Of a stretch of 64,000 nt of DNA, positions 45,701-58,800 are shown piece after piece. The position numbers were made by a program, and so were the translations under genes. This DNA comes from Monocercomonoides exilis PA203 (Eukaryota > Protista > Preaxostyla), in the NCBI GenBank assembly GCA_001643675.2, contig LSRY02000015.1, positions 1,488,001-1,552,000 of the forward strand, given 5' to 3'. Position 1 is the first letter of the stretch. Every line of letters starts with the position of its first letter. The notes beneath the pieces were generated by a model. It did no database searches and was not told the DNA's origin. It saw only the letters and a list, made by a program, of their open reading frames with translations.

Positions 45701-48700
45701 GCTTAACAATGAATTCTGCTTTCCTTTCCTTTTCTCTCTTCTCCTTGCGCATCGTCAAATCCGCATCATCTGCCCGTAATCGCTGCAGCGCCGACTGAAA
45801 CTGTTCAGTCAGCTCAAACTCGTTTTTGTGCTTCTCATCAACATGCAGCAAAGACAGACAAGAAATTGGAATGTGTGGAAATGATGGATCGTTTTGATTA
45901 TCTTCATCGCTGCTTTCTTCTTCCTTCTGCTCGTTTGCGTCTTCGTTATTGTTATTCTCGGTATCTTCCTCATCTTTGGTTGCTTGAATAAATTTGTTTT
46001 CACCAATTTGTTTGTTTTCTGTTTTATCCCCTTCGTCGCCATCAGATAGCACAACTGTGATATCAAACGAACTTGAAAGCTTTTTCGGTTCCATTTCGTT
46101 TTGCTCTGAGCCTTCTTTTGATTTCCCCACTGAAATTCTTCTCATATTCCTTGCATAAGCCCCACTTCCTTCTTTCTTCTTCCTCCTGTTCCTCATTCGC
46201 AGCGCCCACTCCTTTTCCTGTTTCCATCGGCGCCAGTAGTCGATCCTCGCCCGCACTCTGTCCCAGTACTTCTTCACCCCAAACGAGTAAACCGTGTCCT
46301 TGTCGATAGACACCTGTGCTGTGTTGATCAGAGAAGACACAGAAGCCGACCAGCCAATCGGAATGGTACCGCGGAGGATGAGAAAGGAGCACCAGGCTCC
46401 GACAACTGACAGCTGTGGATGAGACACTACATTTCCATTGGTAGCACTTGTTGCTGCTGAGTATGTATTTATTGTGGCAGAGGAGTCTTCGTTATCTGTG
46501 CTTGCCGAATTGGATGAATTGGTTATGTTGACCGTGCTGGTTATGTTCGGCTTATTCTTCAGTAACTCTTTCGAAAGTACTCTCACCTCATCTCTCATCG
46601 CCTCTTCCATCCTCTTTCTGTTGGTCGCACATTCTGTCTCCAAAGTCCAGCAAACGATTTCCGTCTCCATTTCGTTGCCATTTCCTCCTTCGCTGTTGAT
46701 GCCCCTCGCATTGTAGCGTGTTCCCGGATGCAGGCTGCTTTTGCGCGACAGCAGCGACATCATAAAAAGAGGCTTTCGGATGTTTCCTACAAGAGACGGA
46801 GCATTTTCCTCTTCTGCATTCGCTTCCTGATCGAATGGCAAAGTCGAAGATTGCTTGATTCTATCATAATGCATCAAGTTACTTTTTGATTTGGCAGAGG
46901 TACTTTTCCTGTTGGAATGAGATGTTTGTTGTTTAGTCTTTGAAAACGAAGCATGGGAATCTTTACTATTCAAATATGGAGGCGGCGGAGGAGGGGTTTC
47001 AGCAGCTGTTCTTCGATTTCTTTGACTTGAAACATCCTTATCGCTCTTTTTGCCTTCGATCATTTGACTATCTGCTTTCTGTTCATTCATTTTCCCCTTC
47101 TCATTTTCCCTCTGTTCTTTGTGCGTCCAGGGGATTGTGGTATCTTTGGAGAGTGGAGCGAACGCAGAGGAAGTGGCTGCACCTTGCAGAAGCACAGACA
47201 CCCATTCGCTCAGCCCGTGAGACACAAACATCGCGCGGAAGATGTTGTTCCAGCAGAAAGACGGGTCGATGCTGGAAAGCGATGTGGCTGCAAAGGGAGA
47301 GCTGGAACAGTGCTGTGTTTGAAAAGATGGACTGGTTGAATAAGATGAGGGATTAGGCGATGATATATAAAAGTTGGAAGAAGAAGAAGAAGTTGATGCG
47401 AATGAACAAGAAGAGGAAGGGAAAGGATGAGTAAGATCCAACGTGTCGCAGAAGTAATGGAACTTAGAAACAGCAAAGGAAGAAGAAGACTGATGAGACA
47501 TTGCATCTACGTATTCAAAGGGAAGGTTGGACGACAGCTGCGAAGACGCCGACGACGAAGAAGAACTTGAAGATGAAGGATTTGCGAATGAAGCAGAAGA
47601 ATTGGTAGAAGTGGTAGGGATTTGGGAAAGAGTATTACTTGTAGGCATTGGCTGGCGAGATGGCTGTCCGGGTGCTGCGTTGGAAGAATGAGGCGAATGC
47701 ACCTGAGGTGATTCGCTCGGCCGAGCCTTCAGTTTTGAGAAAAATGAACTCATCCATCCACTTTTCTTTTTGTCTGGTGTTTTTGATGGTTGGTTGGCTA
47801 ATTCTGAACGAGAAGGAACTGAGTGAGAAGATGCTTGAGATAACGAAGAAGGAGATTGAGCAGAAGACGAAGAGGAAGGTGAGGGAGGAGAGGAAGAAGA
47901 TTGAGAAGAGGAAGAAACTGGAGATGCTGTTAAGGATGATGCTAATTGGCTGCTTGGAGTATTCTTCAGAGCATCAGAAATAGCATTCGATATTGAATAC
48001 GGATGTGCAGGAGAGGAAGCAAAAGAGCTAATTGCTTTGTTATTGCTATCCTCTGTCAAGGCATCAAGCAAATCATCCGTGACAATTGAAGTCCAGTCAT
48101 TCAAACCTTCTGACGGAGTAGCTGCCATAAAAGATCTGTAAAAATCAGGCGTTGTATTCATTCTCGAATCAGAAATTTGTAGACGTGATAAAACTTCCAA
48201 TTTCTTCGTATTACAATTGCCCGCAATTCTGTGTGGTGCTTCATTTTGCTTTTCACTTATTTTAATAATTTTTTCTTCGAAAGACTTCAAGTGCGAAGGA
48301 AATGAAGGTATAGAAATAGCTATTTGAAATTTGAAAAGTAAAGTTAACTAGAAAATTACGCATTGCAAACAATTAAGTTCTTCAATTCCAAAAGTGCAAC
48401 TTTGGGCATATTTATCAGTTTGAGAAAAAAATTCTGCAATTTTCTGTGAGGTTGATGGTTGCTTTAATTCTGAGTAAGATTGCGGTTGAAAGAAATTTGA
48501 AAGAGGAATTCTTCTCCACTCTGCTTGCCTTACTGAATAAATTGAATGGAAAGGAGGAAGGATCATGGTCCTCACCACAGAAGTCGCAAAAAGAAAAAAA
48601 GCTTCGTTGGATAGAGTTATATAACCGAGCAAAGCATCTGCTTGTAAAATAATACGTGGCGAATTCTGCGTATGTTGAAGGAATTTCATTGCCTGCCTTG

Positions 48701-48993
48701 GCGTGTTGAAAACATCGACTCCATAAATACCTAAATAAACAAAAATATTTAAGTATATTTGAATGTGAAAAGTCCAAAATTACCTCGAAATGAAGGATTT
48801 CCCGTTATAGGATCAATTGTTATAATAGTTGTATCATGTCTTGTTCGAAGAGAAGATATCAAAAACTAAATTTAAAATGAAAATCAATAGTCTTTTAAAA
48901 ATTTTCAAAGCAAACGTAAAAATTGTCAAGTGTTTCAACTAATAAGTGTGCTGGGGTAGGTCTTTCATTGAACAAAAAAACATTTTCTTTCAT
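36726..48993 (-). CDS. SAC9: SAC9-like phosphoinositide phosphatase, ~4000 aa, 4 exons
   Basis: The spliced N-terminus LLVETLDNFYFLISSLRTRHDTTIITIDPITG...ADALLGY...YSVRQAEW.RIPL..QPQ matches the plant SAC9 pattern. Also HYFCDTLDLTHPFPS, LHPGTRYNARGIN..GNE.E.E, RGTIPIGW, catalytic RTNCADSMDRTS (CX5R) and a Cys-rich zinc-finger-like segment. Confidence 0.9.
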
Positions 48994-49762
48994 AAATCTA
49001 TTCACGCTTCAACAGTTAAAAAAATGGAAAAAAATTAGTCAACAAAAAAAATTATTTATATTTATTTGAAAAGGCAATTTTCTGGGTAAATCATTATTTT
49101 TAAATCCAATTTCATTCAATTGCAAAGAAAACAATGAAAATTTCGCATTAGCATTGTTTGAGAACTTTTATTTCCGTTTTGTTTTTAAAAAGCTTTTTGA
49201 AAGAAAACAAAAGTGTTTCTTATTCATAAAATTAAAGCAAAATATGGATAAAAAAATATTCGAAAAAAACAGTCAAAACAGTCTATTGAAAATTCATTTG
49301 CTCTGATAAAATCAAACAAAGAAAAGAAAATAATACCAACCAAATCCGAGCAAAATTTTCATAATAGATAAATGAACTCAAAAAATATAATTCCAAAAAA
49401 GAAAAAGAAAAAAGAAAAAGAAAATTATTATTATTATAAAAATTATATTAAAATTTAAATTAAAAGCATTCTATACTGAAAATATAATATTTACTTTTTT
49501 AGTATTCATAAAAATTCTTTCACATAAATGAAAACATTAATCAAATCAAATAGAAAAGGTTAAAGGCCCTAGAAAAAATAATAGCCTTCATTCTTCTCAA
49601 AATCCTAAACTAAGCACAAAAATTTAATTCACAAAGAATAATCAAATATAATGATACACAAACAATATTAAAAAATAACAAATATTATCATTTTACTTCA
49701 ACCTCATTGCAAATTGACTTTTACCATGAGTTACTAAAAGTCCATAAAACTTTATTTCTTTC

Positions 49763-51773
49763 TTACAATCCTTCTCTTTCAAGCTCTGCTTCATAACATT
49801 TATCTTCAATGTCATAGCTTCTATCGTAATTTATAAAGGTACAGCTTATGCATTCTGAATTAAAAGCCAATTTTGCAAATTCATTTGCTGATTGTCCCCT
49901 TGCATTCAAACATTCAAGAAGGGTGGCGTAATATTCTTCATCATGTTTTTTCACGACATTAATTGGTATTTCATTGATTATTTCGTTCGCATTCTCCACT
50001 TTCTCATTCGTTTCTTCCTCGAAGTCAACATTGGATTCTGTCTCTTGTTTCTCATCGTCCAGCTCCGAATCCGTAAACATTTGGCAAACCGGACAAAGAT
50101 TTCGGTCACATTTTGCTTTGAGTCTGTTTTTCATTCGCTGCTCTTTTTTAGCTTTCAGTGTGTGTTTTGATACTTCCGGAGCAATATGCGCAAGTAAAGA
50201 ATCAATCACTCCTTCCTCTTCACATACTTCCATCAGCATTTCTTTCAATTCCTTTCGTACAGGCTCGTCAAGGCATTTATAACTATGAATGACTTCTTCG
50301 CCTCTCTTCTTGCAAATTGGACGGATATGTGCATTTATCGATATAGCACTCCATCCACTAATTATGGCTTTTGTCGCTTCCAGTCTCAAATGTTCATTTG
50401 CAGTGCAACAAAGCAGAGAAGCTATTTTGCCCATCACATTTCGTTTCATGACTCCGTTAATTGAATCGCTCAGTTGCCTTGCAAGCCAATTTTTCACAAT
50501 CAAGACTGCACATAACTGAAATCTTGCAATCATTTTTTGGAAACTTTCCTCTTCGCAATATAGCCCATCCGACATTTGCTGGAAGTTTACACCACCTGAA
50601 GAAAAAACATCAGCACAATTTGCACCCAAAAATTTGCTTCCAGGAAATATAGCCTTCCGTTCGTCTTCTGACCAATTACCAAGCAAATAACTCATCACTT
50701 TCTCCATGATTCTGTTTTGGCTTAATAAATAATTAAACGCTTCCAGATGATTGCTCGATAACTTCTGCAAACACTCAAATGCTAAAATAGCTATCGAGCA
50801 AATTGACCCACGTGCAAACACTCTTGGAATCCAATCTGAAGAGCAAGGATTTAGCAACGAATGTGCCATTTGAGAAGATTCATTTAAAGCAGGCAAAGGG
50901 ACAAACGAATTTAAAGTCAATAAACTGTTCGTTTTAATGTCATTTTCAAACTTCATACGAACTCTAAGCGATGATAGCCTTCTTATTATTTGTAATGCTT
51001 CAATGATAACTGAAGGAATTCTGTTTGATAAAAGACTATTCATCCATTTCCATACATATGCAAGACGATAACCCCCAATTATTGGCGTAGCACCTGTAAA
51101 GCATAAAAAATTAATTCAATTGAATGGATGAACCATTATCGAAGAATTCAATACCATTGTCTACGGATAGAAATCTGTAATAAGCCATGGTAAACATGCA
51201 GATATCTTCATCATCACATTCTCCCAAATGAAAAAGCTCTTTTTCAATCTTTTTAGCTCGATCCATCGAAGAATATTCCGGAATAGATTTAGCGATAAGC
51301 TTTGCTGGATCAGGAAGTTTTTCAACGAAAGCAGGAATTCCACACTCTTCAAAATAAATGCCTAAGCACGATATTCTTGACATGTATCCGATAACACGAA
51401 GCTTCATTAATTCAACAGGACCACAGAAATACTTGCAACTTTCTTGCAGTTTTTCCAAATTATTTGCATATCCAAATAACCCACTAATTTCTTGACTTTG
51501 AGGATCAGCAGCTTTCAATAAATGATAGAATCTTCTCAACAATCTTTCCTGCTCTTTTCCTTCTTTCATCAAAATTCCTGTTTCATGAAGTAAAACAAAA
51601 AGATGCACTTGCAAAATAACAAACAGGGTAATACAATAGCAACAACCATCATTCAATGCTCTTATTTCTTCCGCTACACTCATTCTACGCTTTCCAACAC
51701 TCAATTTTTCATTCGCTCTTGCTGTATATCTCGCTCTTGTCATTTTCATACAACTTATAATCTGCTTAACGCC
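49763..51773 (-). CDS. Hypothetical helical/ARM-like protein, at least 2 exons (51773-51155, 51093-49763); 5' exons unresolved
   Basis: ORFs 51111-51749 and 49763-51043 are joined in frame by intron 51094-51154. An acceptor at 51774 implies further upstream exons. Confidence 0.75.
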
Positions 51774-52866
51774 CTATGTAAATGATAAAGTGCTTATTCA
51801 AAGTTCTTAAATTTTTATTAAGGTACAACCGTTTATTGAAGAATTTTTCTGACACAACTTCGAATAGTCGAAAGTTCAACGAAAATTATGAAAAATAAAA
51901 AATACCATATCAATCATAATGTGCACATAACCATCATAATTATTTGAGAAACGACAGATAATATTATCAAACAAGATAAAACAATAAATCAGTAAATCAC
52001 ATTAAATACATGACGCAACCACCTCATTTTTATATAATCCATATTGGAAAAAAAAAAATTAAGACATCGTTTTTTTACTTTTTTTTTTTTTTTTTTTTTC
52101 ACTCTTTTTTTTCATTTGAAACAGTTCTCTTTTGATTTTGAAAAACTTTTGTGCATTCTTGAAAAACGAAAAATCTGCAATTGTCAAGAGAGAAAATAGG
52201 AGTTTAAGCAGAAGCCATTGATTACAATAATTTAGATTTCATTTTTAAAGGCAAAACTTTGGAAATGACAATATCAAACAGATAAATGAGAGAATAATTA
52301 TTTACAAAAGAAAAAAAAGTCTTATTGGAAATGGTGTTATGATTGCTTTTTATTCGAAATAACAAGCTTCAATCAAATCTTTTTGAAAAACAAAAAAAGA
52401 TTATTATTTAAATAAAAGCACACACAGCATATTGAATTATCCAAATAATATGCTAGAAGGAAGCAATCTGAAAATATTAGCGAGAAGAAAGAAATTCAGT
52501 GATTAAAATTATTGCAAAGGCTGCAATTGTTTTGATACGAATGCCAGAAAACACCTGCGAGAAGTTTTGGAAAATGTCTTGATACACACGCAAAATTTCC
52601 TTCAACAAAAAGTTTTTCTGTAATTTGCTCGACAAAACAAAAAAGTGAGTTTGAATAAGTTATTAAAAAGCAACATGGTGCCTTTTGCAAATGCCTTGTC
52701 CTACGCTTTATGTTTGGATAAATCCAACGAAATTAAGAATAGTGCACCATTTAATTTTTTGTTCATCTCCAATCATTCTTTATTCTGAGAAATATGCCAA
52801 CGTTTTTCTTTTTTTTTCTCTTTTCAAGTGATTCATCTGTGGCTGTCCCCAACTCTCCATTATGCT

Positions 52867-55800
52867 TCATCCACTGCTTTCTCTTGTTTGTGTTTCGCTT
52901 TCAGATCCAGAATGCAGCTTCGCAATAACCCCGCTCCGCTCAATGTATTCTGACCCGCATTCCTCCGACCCTTCGCAATATGCAATTGCATCCGACACTG
53001 TCGCCATCGTGCACCCCAATGGCAAGCGCCCAATCAGATACCGCTTCACCTGCATCAACGATGCTCTCCTTTCTGGATCTCCATCCAACCCGTTTTCCAC
53101 CGCTTCACACATCTCTGATCCACGTATGCTCTCCATTCCTGGCCTCTCCCCATTCTTTATCTTCTCTCCAGCTGTCTCAGCCTCATACTCCCCAAACGGA
53201 ATCTGCAATGTCAGGCACTCCCACAGCATCATCCCTATCGAAAACACCACCGTCTTCTTCGTCGCATGCTTTATTGTCCCATTCAGCAGCTCTGGTGCCT
53301 TCCATCGCAAACACTCTTTTTTGAAATTATCTTCATCCTCAAAGGCTGAAGAAGGAAGAGAGTCATTTTCGTTATCACTGGCAGATGTCACAACAGTTGA
53401 TGAAGAGATGGAGGATGAACTGTCTGAGTCTGATGAACAATCTGAGTGCATGGCAATGCAGATGACCATGTGCTCGGAGAAAAGAATAATGTGGGGACTC
53501 AAATTGACAAGGGATTGAAGCTTGTTTTCCATCTCATCAAATGAATGGAGCACCCCATTCACTACCCAGAACAGGATCTGAGCAGCTGCCATTTCTCTCT
53601 CTTGAAGACTTCCAATCGCCATCTCCTTTGTCTTATTCCTTCCATGCAACAACATGAACAGAGAATCCCTCAGATCCACAATCAGCTTCTCATGAGGTGA
53701 TGAACAGGCCATTGCATCCACAAGATTTGACATCGATGAGGTTGTCGGACACAAATCCTCCCCTCGAACAAACGTGGAATCTGAATCAGTTGTTGATGTG
53801 GTTGAAGTGGATGAAATGGATGGTGATGGTGTTCTCTTCCTTATCTCTCCTTCTTCATCTTTCTCCAACATCCATTGAGGAATCTTGTCTGAGTCTCTTC
53901 CCAAAATGTATTCAGTTGAGCCACTCTCGCTCAACAAATGCTCAGATGATTCTGAATGTCCCAGGCTTTTTTCATATATTCTCTTCTTCATCCTCTCTTC
54001 GTTCTTTTTCTCTGCCTCCCTTTCTGCTCTCCTCCACTGCTCCTCAGGCGACATCTCCATCGTTACCATCTCAAATGCCTTCGGATCCTTTCTGACATTA
54101 TCATTCACAATCTCTTGCAATTCCTCATTTCTTTCCTTCACTTTCCTCCACCGAACAGCCAGAACAACAGACACAACAAGAACAATCAACAATATGATGC
54201 CCATGATTATAACAATCAACAACCAATACGATTTCCCTTCTTTTCCTCCTTCAACAATCCTTTCATCTCCATTAACCTTGGCCTCACTTCTGTTCTTCAG
54301 AATGAAAGAATCAGTGGACGATGGATTACTTCCATCCCCAAACAGAATGAGCACTCTCACCTCTGCCTCATCTCCTGCCTCACGAATTATCTCCCTTTTC
54401 AGTCTCCCTTTAACCTCTGTCTCTGAAGCATATCCACTCTCATTAAACCCATATTTCTCAATCTGCTTTTCTTCTCCAATCTGCTTCGCAATCATGAACG
54501 ATAAGTTGCACGGGAGAAGCAGCTTCCCTTTGAACACAACCTCCGTTTCTTCTCCTTTCTCATTTTCTTCAATACTTTCCAACACAGGAATGAAGAATGA
54601 AGATGCCCTTTCAGAAACAATCCCTTCAAAACTGCACTCATCATTCAACATCCAAAGTGAGGTATTATCTTTCACTCCATCTCCACCTTTCAAACTCATC
54701 ATGTTCAGTGAAGCAGAATTGGAGCAGATGACGTTTCTTCTCATTGATGGATACCTTTCAATTGATGGATTGTTATTCAAAAACTCTCCTTTCTCGATCA
54801 TCGTGGATCCTCCGCTCACAATCAAACCTCCCTTTGAGGAGTTGCAGATTGTTGTGTCTTTCATCACTAACGAAGAATTTGTTGAATGAACAAGAGACCC
54901 ATTCCATTGACAGATCTTATTACTCACACCATTTATTTCTTCGGCATTATCAGCCAGGTTTCCCTCAAACTGGCACAAATCCGTCAAGACATTCTCAGTC
55001 AAAGCAATCGCCACTTGGCTCCCCTTTGATGGCTCTGATGTGCATTTATGAATAGAGCAGTTGCACATCTCAAAGTTAGTCATGTGCTGAGCTGTGCAAA
55101 TAATGCAAGGCCCAGAAGACAGCCGGCTGATGTTTGAGAATGATGATAACGCCAAAGATAAAACGAGTGAAGAATGGCCATTTTCAAATGAGATAAGGCT
55201 TCTGTCTTGGAGAGAAATGTTTGTGGCTGCCAACTTTGAAATAATCACTTTCTCGTTCTTTCCACATTCAATCACTGAGCTTGTGCATTGGGCATTACAA
55301 ACAGTCAGATCTTCAAATGTTGCTCTTTCTGAGCACAATATCTGGAACATGGACTTTGAGAATTTCAAGCACCCAATACTACATCGATCTGCCTCAAATA
55401 TCCCATTTTCAACAACCAGCAGAGAAAAGCCAAAAAGGGTTTGTGAATTCACCAATGATCCGCTTTCTGATAAGAATGAAACAGATTCGAGAATAAGAGA
55501 TCCATTCAATTGGTGTATTAAGCACGAGCAGACAACATTCTGCATTACACCAAAAACAAATGAAACTTTCTCAAATCGAACAGACTCTGATGTCGTCACA
55601 GCTCCTTCCCCAGCCAAGTTCATCTCTCTCACTTTTATCTCCACATTCCTGCTCGCCTCCATCGACTTGATTGTCACCTTCTGAGCTGAGCATGAGCCAG
55701 TTAGTGTTGTCTCATTCCATATCAGCAGCTGCGAATAATCTGATGGGATGATGTGGCTCACCCCAACATTCAGCGATGAGCATGCACCCTTCATTTCCCC

Positions 55801-58800
55801 ACAATTCTTGCTGTTACTGCTGTTCCCCACAATTGATGAAACAAATATGAATTCGCTCCTGAACACATACACCCTTCCCAGCAGATCCTCTTCATCCCCA
55901 TAATCATCTGATGTGCATCCCCATATCGCCAGCTCCTTCACAAATGGCTCCCCAAAATTTATCAGGAACTGTGATTCACTTATCTGCGAGTCAAGGTCTA
56001 TGCACTTCACAAACACATCTCTCCCTTTCAGTGCAACATTCTCCTTGAATGTGATGTTCGACAGCACAAATGGCAAAGTCTTCTTTGCAACACTCTGTGT
56101 TTTCAAAAACAATCCTCCACCTCTCCCGTTGTTCGAACAGAAACATTCTGTCACATTTGTGTGATTCATTTCCAGTCTCCCTCTCTCATCGAGAAGGAAA
56201 AACATCCCTCCTCCTTCATTCGAGCTTGTCGATCCACATTTATCAATTGTTGAATTCTCCATTTTCAGTCTCACTTCATTTGGCACATCACAGATAAGAA
56301 ATGAAGGGTTGCTTGACACACTGTGCGTCACATTCAAAAATGAACATTGCTCAAACAGAATGTTCCACTCTTCCACTTCTGCATTATCATTTCCATTTCC
56401 AGGAATCTCACTTCCACTCATCGCAATTGCACTTTTCCCACTCAATGATATTTCTTCAAAGGACGCATCGCTCATAGTTATCACACATCCAACTGATATG
56501 CTCATTATCTCATGCATTGATGTCAACCCTGCCATCTTTGTCTTTTCAATCGAAACAATTCCTTTTGTGGCACTTATCAATATAAATGTCAATTCACCTT
56601 CAGCATTGTCACTCATGTGAATTGAACATCCTGCAATACTCGTTTTGATTAAATCAATGCATGTCTGGATGAGGATGTTTGCCTCGTTATCGAAGGCAGC
56701 AGGAATCACCATCCCCACTTCTTTGAATTGAACAACCCCTTTGCATTCAACAACAGCATCCTTGTCTCCTTCAATTGCTTTCACAAACACGATTTTGTCT
56801 GTTTCGCCATTTGTTCCTTCCAGCCTCATCCCACTCACACTCATTTCATTCCTCACATCACAAGCCCCCTGAATGGCAATCGACACAATCCCCAAACCAC
56901 TCCCTCTCCTCATCCCATAATCAACAGACCCACATGGATACTCCAACAGCCCACACACAACCACATTATTTCCTTCCCGCGCCACATGCACACTCGATCC
57001 AACCTCTTTCCAGAAATAGATCAGTGGGATTGCACACTCTCTGTTTCCTCCATCGTATCCTCTCATCGAGTCTTCGGTCAGCATCTCCAGTCTATCTTTC
57101 ACAAATGGCAGGGTTTCGTTCTTAATGCTGCTGGTGAGCGATGGAGATGAAACAAACAAATCCTTTCCATATTTTGCATTGTTTGGCTTGTCAGAAGAAA
57201 AAGTTGGAGAGGATATCACAAAACCTGTCTCACCCGATTCACTTAACAAGCTCAACATTATTCCTCCTCCATATCTAACAACTTCCCCTTCAAATGGAGC
57301 TGTGCAACAATAAAACTCACACTTGTTCATCAACAGATTCGTATTTGCAGATGCCTCATAAAAGAGTGCACCTCCTCCAATCTCATTTCCTTCTTCTTCA
57401 ACAGCACACTCTTCGAATGTGCAATCATTTATTTCAACTTTATAATCTCCGTTGTCATCCACATTATTCGTTACACTTATGCATCCTCCACTTCCCTTCG
57501 AACGAGTAATCGATGAAAATGTGCATTCGGACATCTCTTCAATAATTCCCTTGTGGCACTCAACAACACATCCATTGCCAAATGTAATTTCTCCAAAATC
57601 GCTGTTTGTCATATTCAGTGAAGGACTTGAATTAATACTTCCCTCAACGATGAAAAACGATGAATCTCCTTTTTTCATATTCACTGTTGAAAACTCAATC
57701 ACTTCCACAGCCCCTCCAACAACACTCACAAACACTGTTGAAATAGCCTTAATCCCTCCTTCCATCCCACATTTGTTCAGTGTGAGCTTCCCTGAATGAC
57801 ATTCAAACACACTTTCATGAGATGAAAGCGATTGAATCAAAGAAAATACAATACCGGTCATTGACACAGAAACTGAGTTCTCAATCAATCCACTTTGCGT
57901 TCCCTCTGTCAGATCGGCAACACCACATTTCATTTCATTCTGTTTTGCCTTGATGTTCCATTCATCTGTCCTCAAGCCCAATTCATCCTCAAAGGCAAAT
58001 GATTCAAAAATGGTTATGTCTTTTTTCTTCCCTTCAAAGTGGACCGATGCTGCCTTCGCGATTGTGGAGCATGGAAACGCTTCATATCCACACATAGAAA
58101 AATCATGGCTCAATGATCCTCCTCCAACAAAGGCAGACCCTGAAAAGTTGTTCCACAGATACACCACCAGCGGGATGGCAAATGTCTCATTCAATGTTGA
58201 TCTCTCGAATCCATTCAATTTCGTAAAGTTATTCAAATCAACTTCAAATTCCATCGATGTTCTGCTAATCACACTCGATAGATCATAAGAGTTAATGAAG
58301 ATTTCTTTCCCCTCTCTGGCATCACATCCAGAAAATGAAACATCCCTCAAAATGAATGAACTTGCCCCATCATCCAGATGAAGATAAATCCCTCCTCCGA
58401 ATCCGTGCTCTCCATCTGTGTTTTGTGCTGCCTTGCAGCTCACAAGTTCAAATAAATCACTTTCATCATTCGGAAACATTGCCCTTGCTGAGTTAGTATC
58501 TGTCATATTTCCCACAGTGAAGGATGATCCTTCTTTCATCTCAACCCACAATCCTCCTCCATTTCCTCCATTGCTCTCACACCTAGACATCGTCCCTCCA
58601 ACTATTTCCAGTGAGCAATCTCTCCCAAGTGTGCATTCCATTGCTCCTCCATCTCCTCCATCTCCTTTGAATCCACTCATCGTGTTGTTTGTGAGCTTCA
58701 GCATCTTGGCTGAATTTGTGGAAATTACTCGAATGGATCCTGATGGCAAATCTGTTTGTGAGGATGCTTTCACTGAAAGTGTTGAATCTTTAATCGAAAA

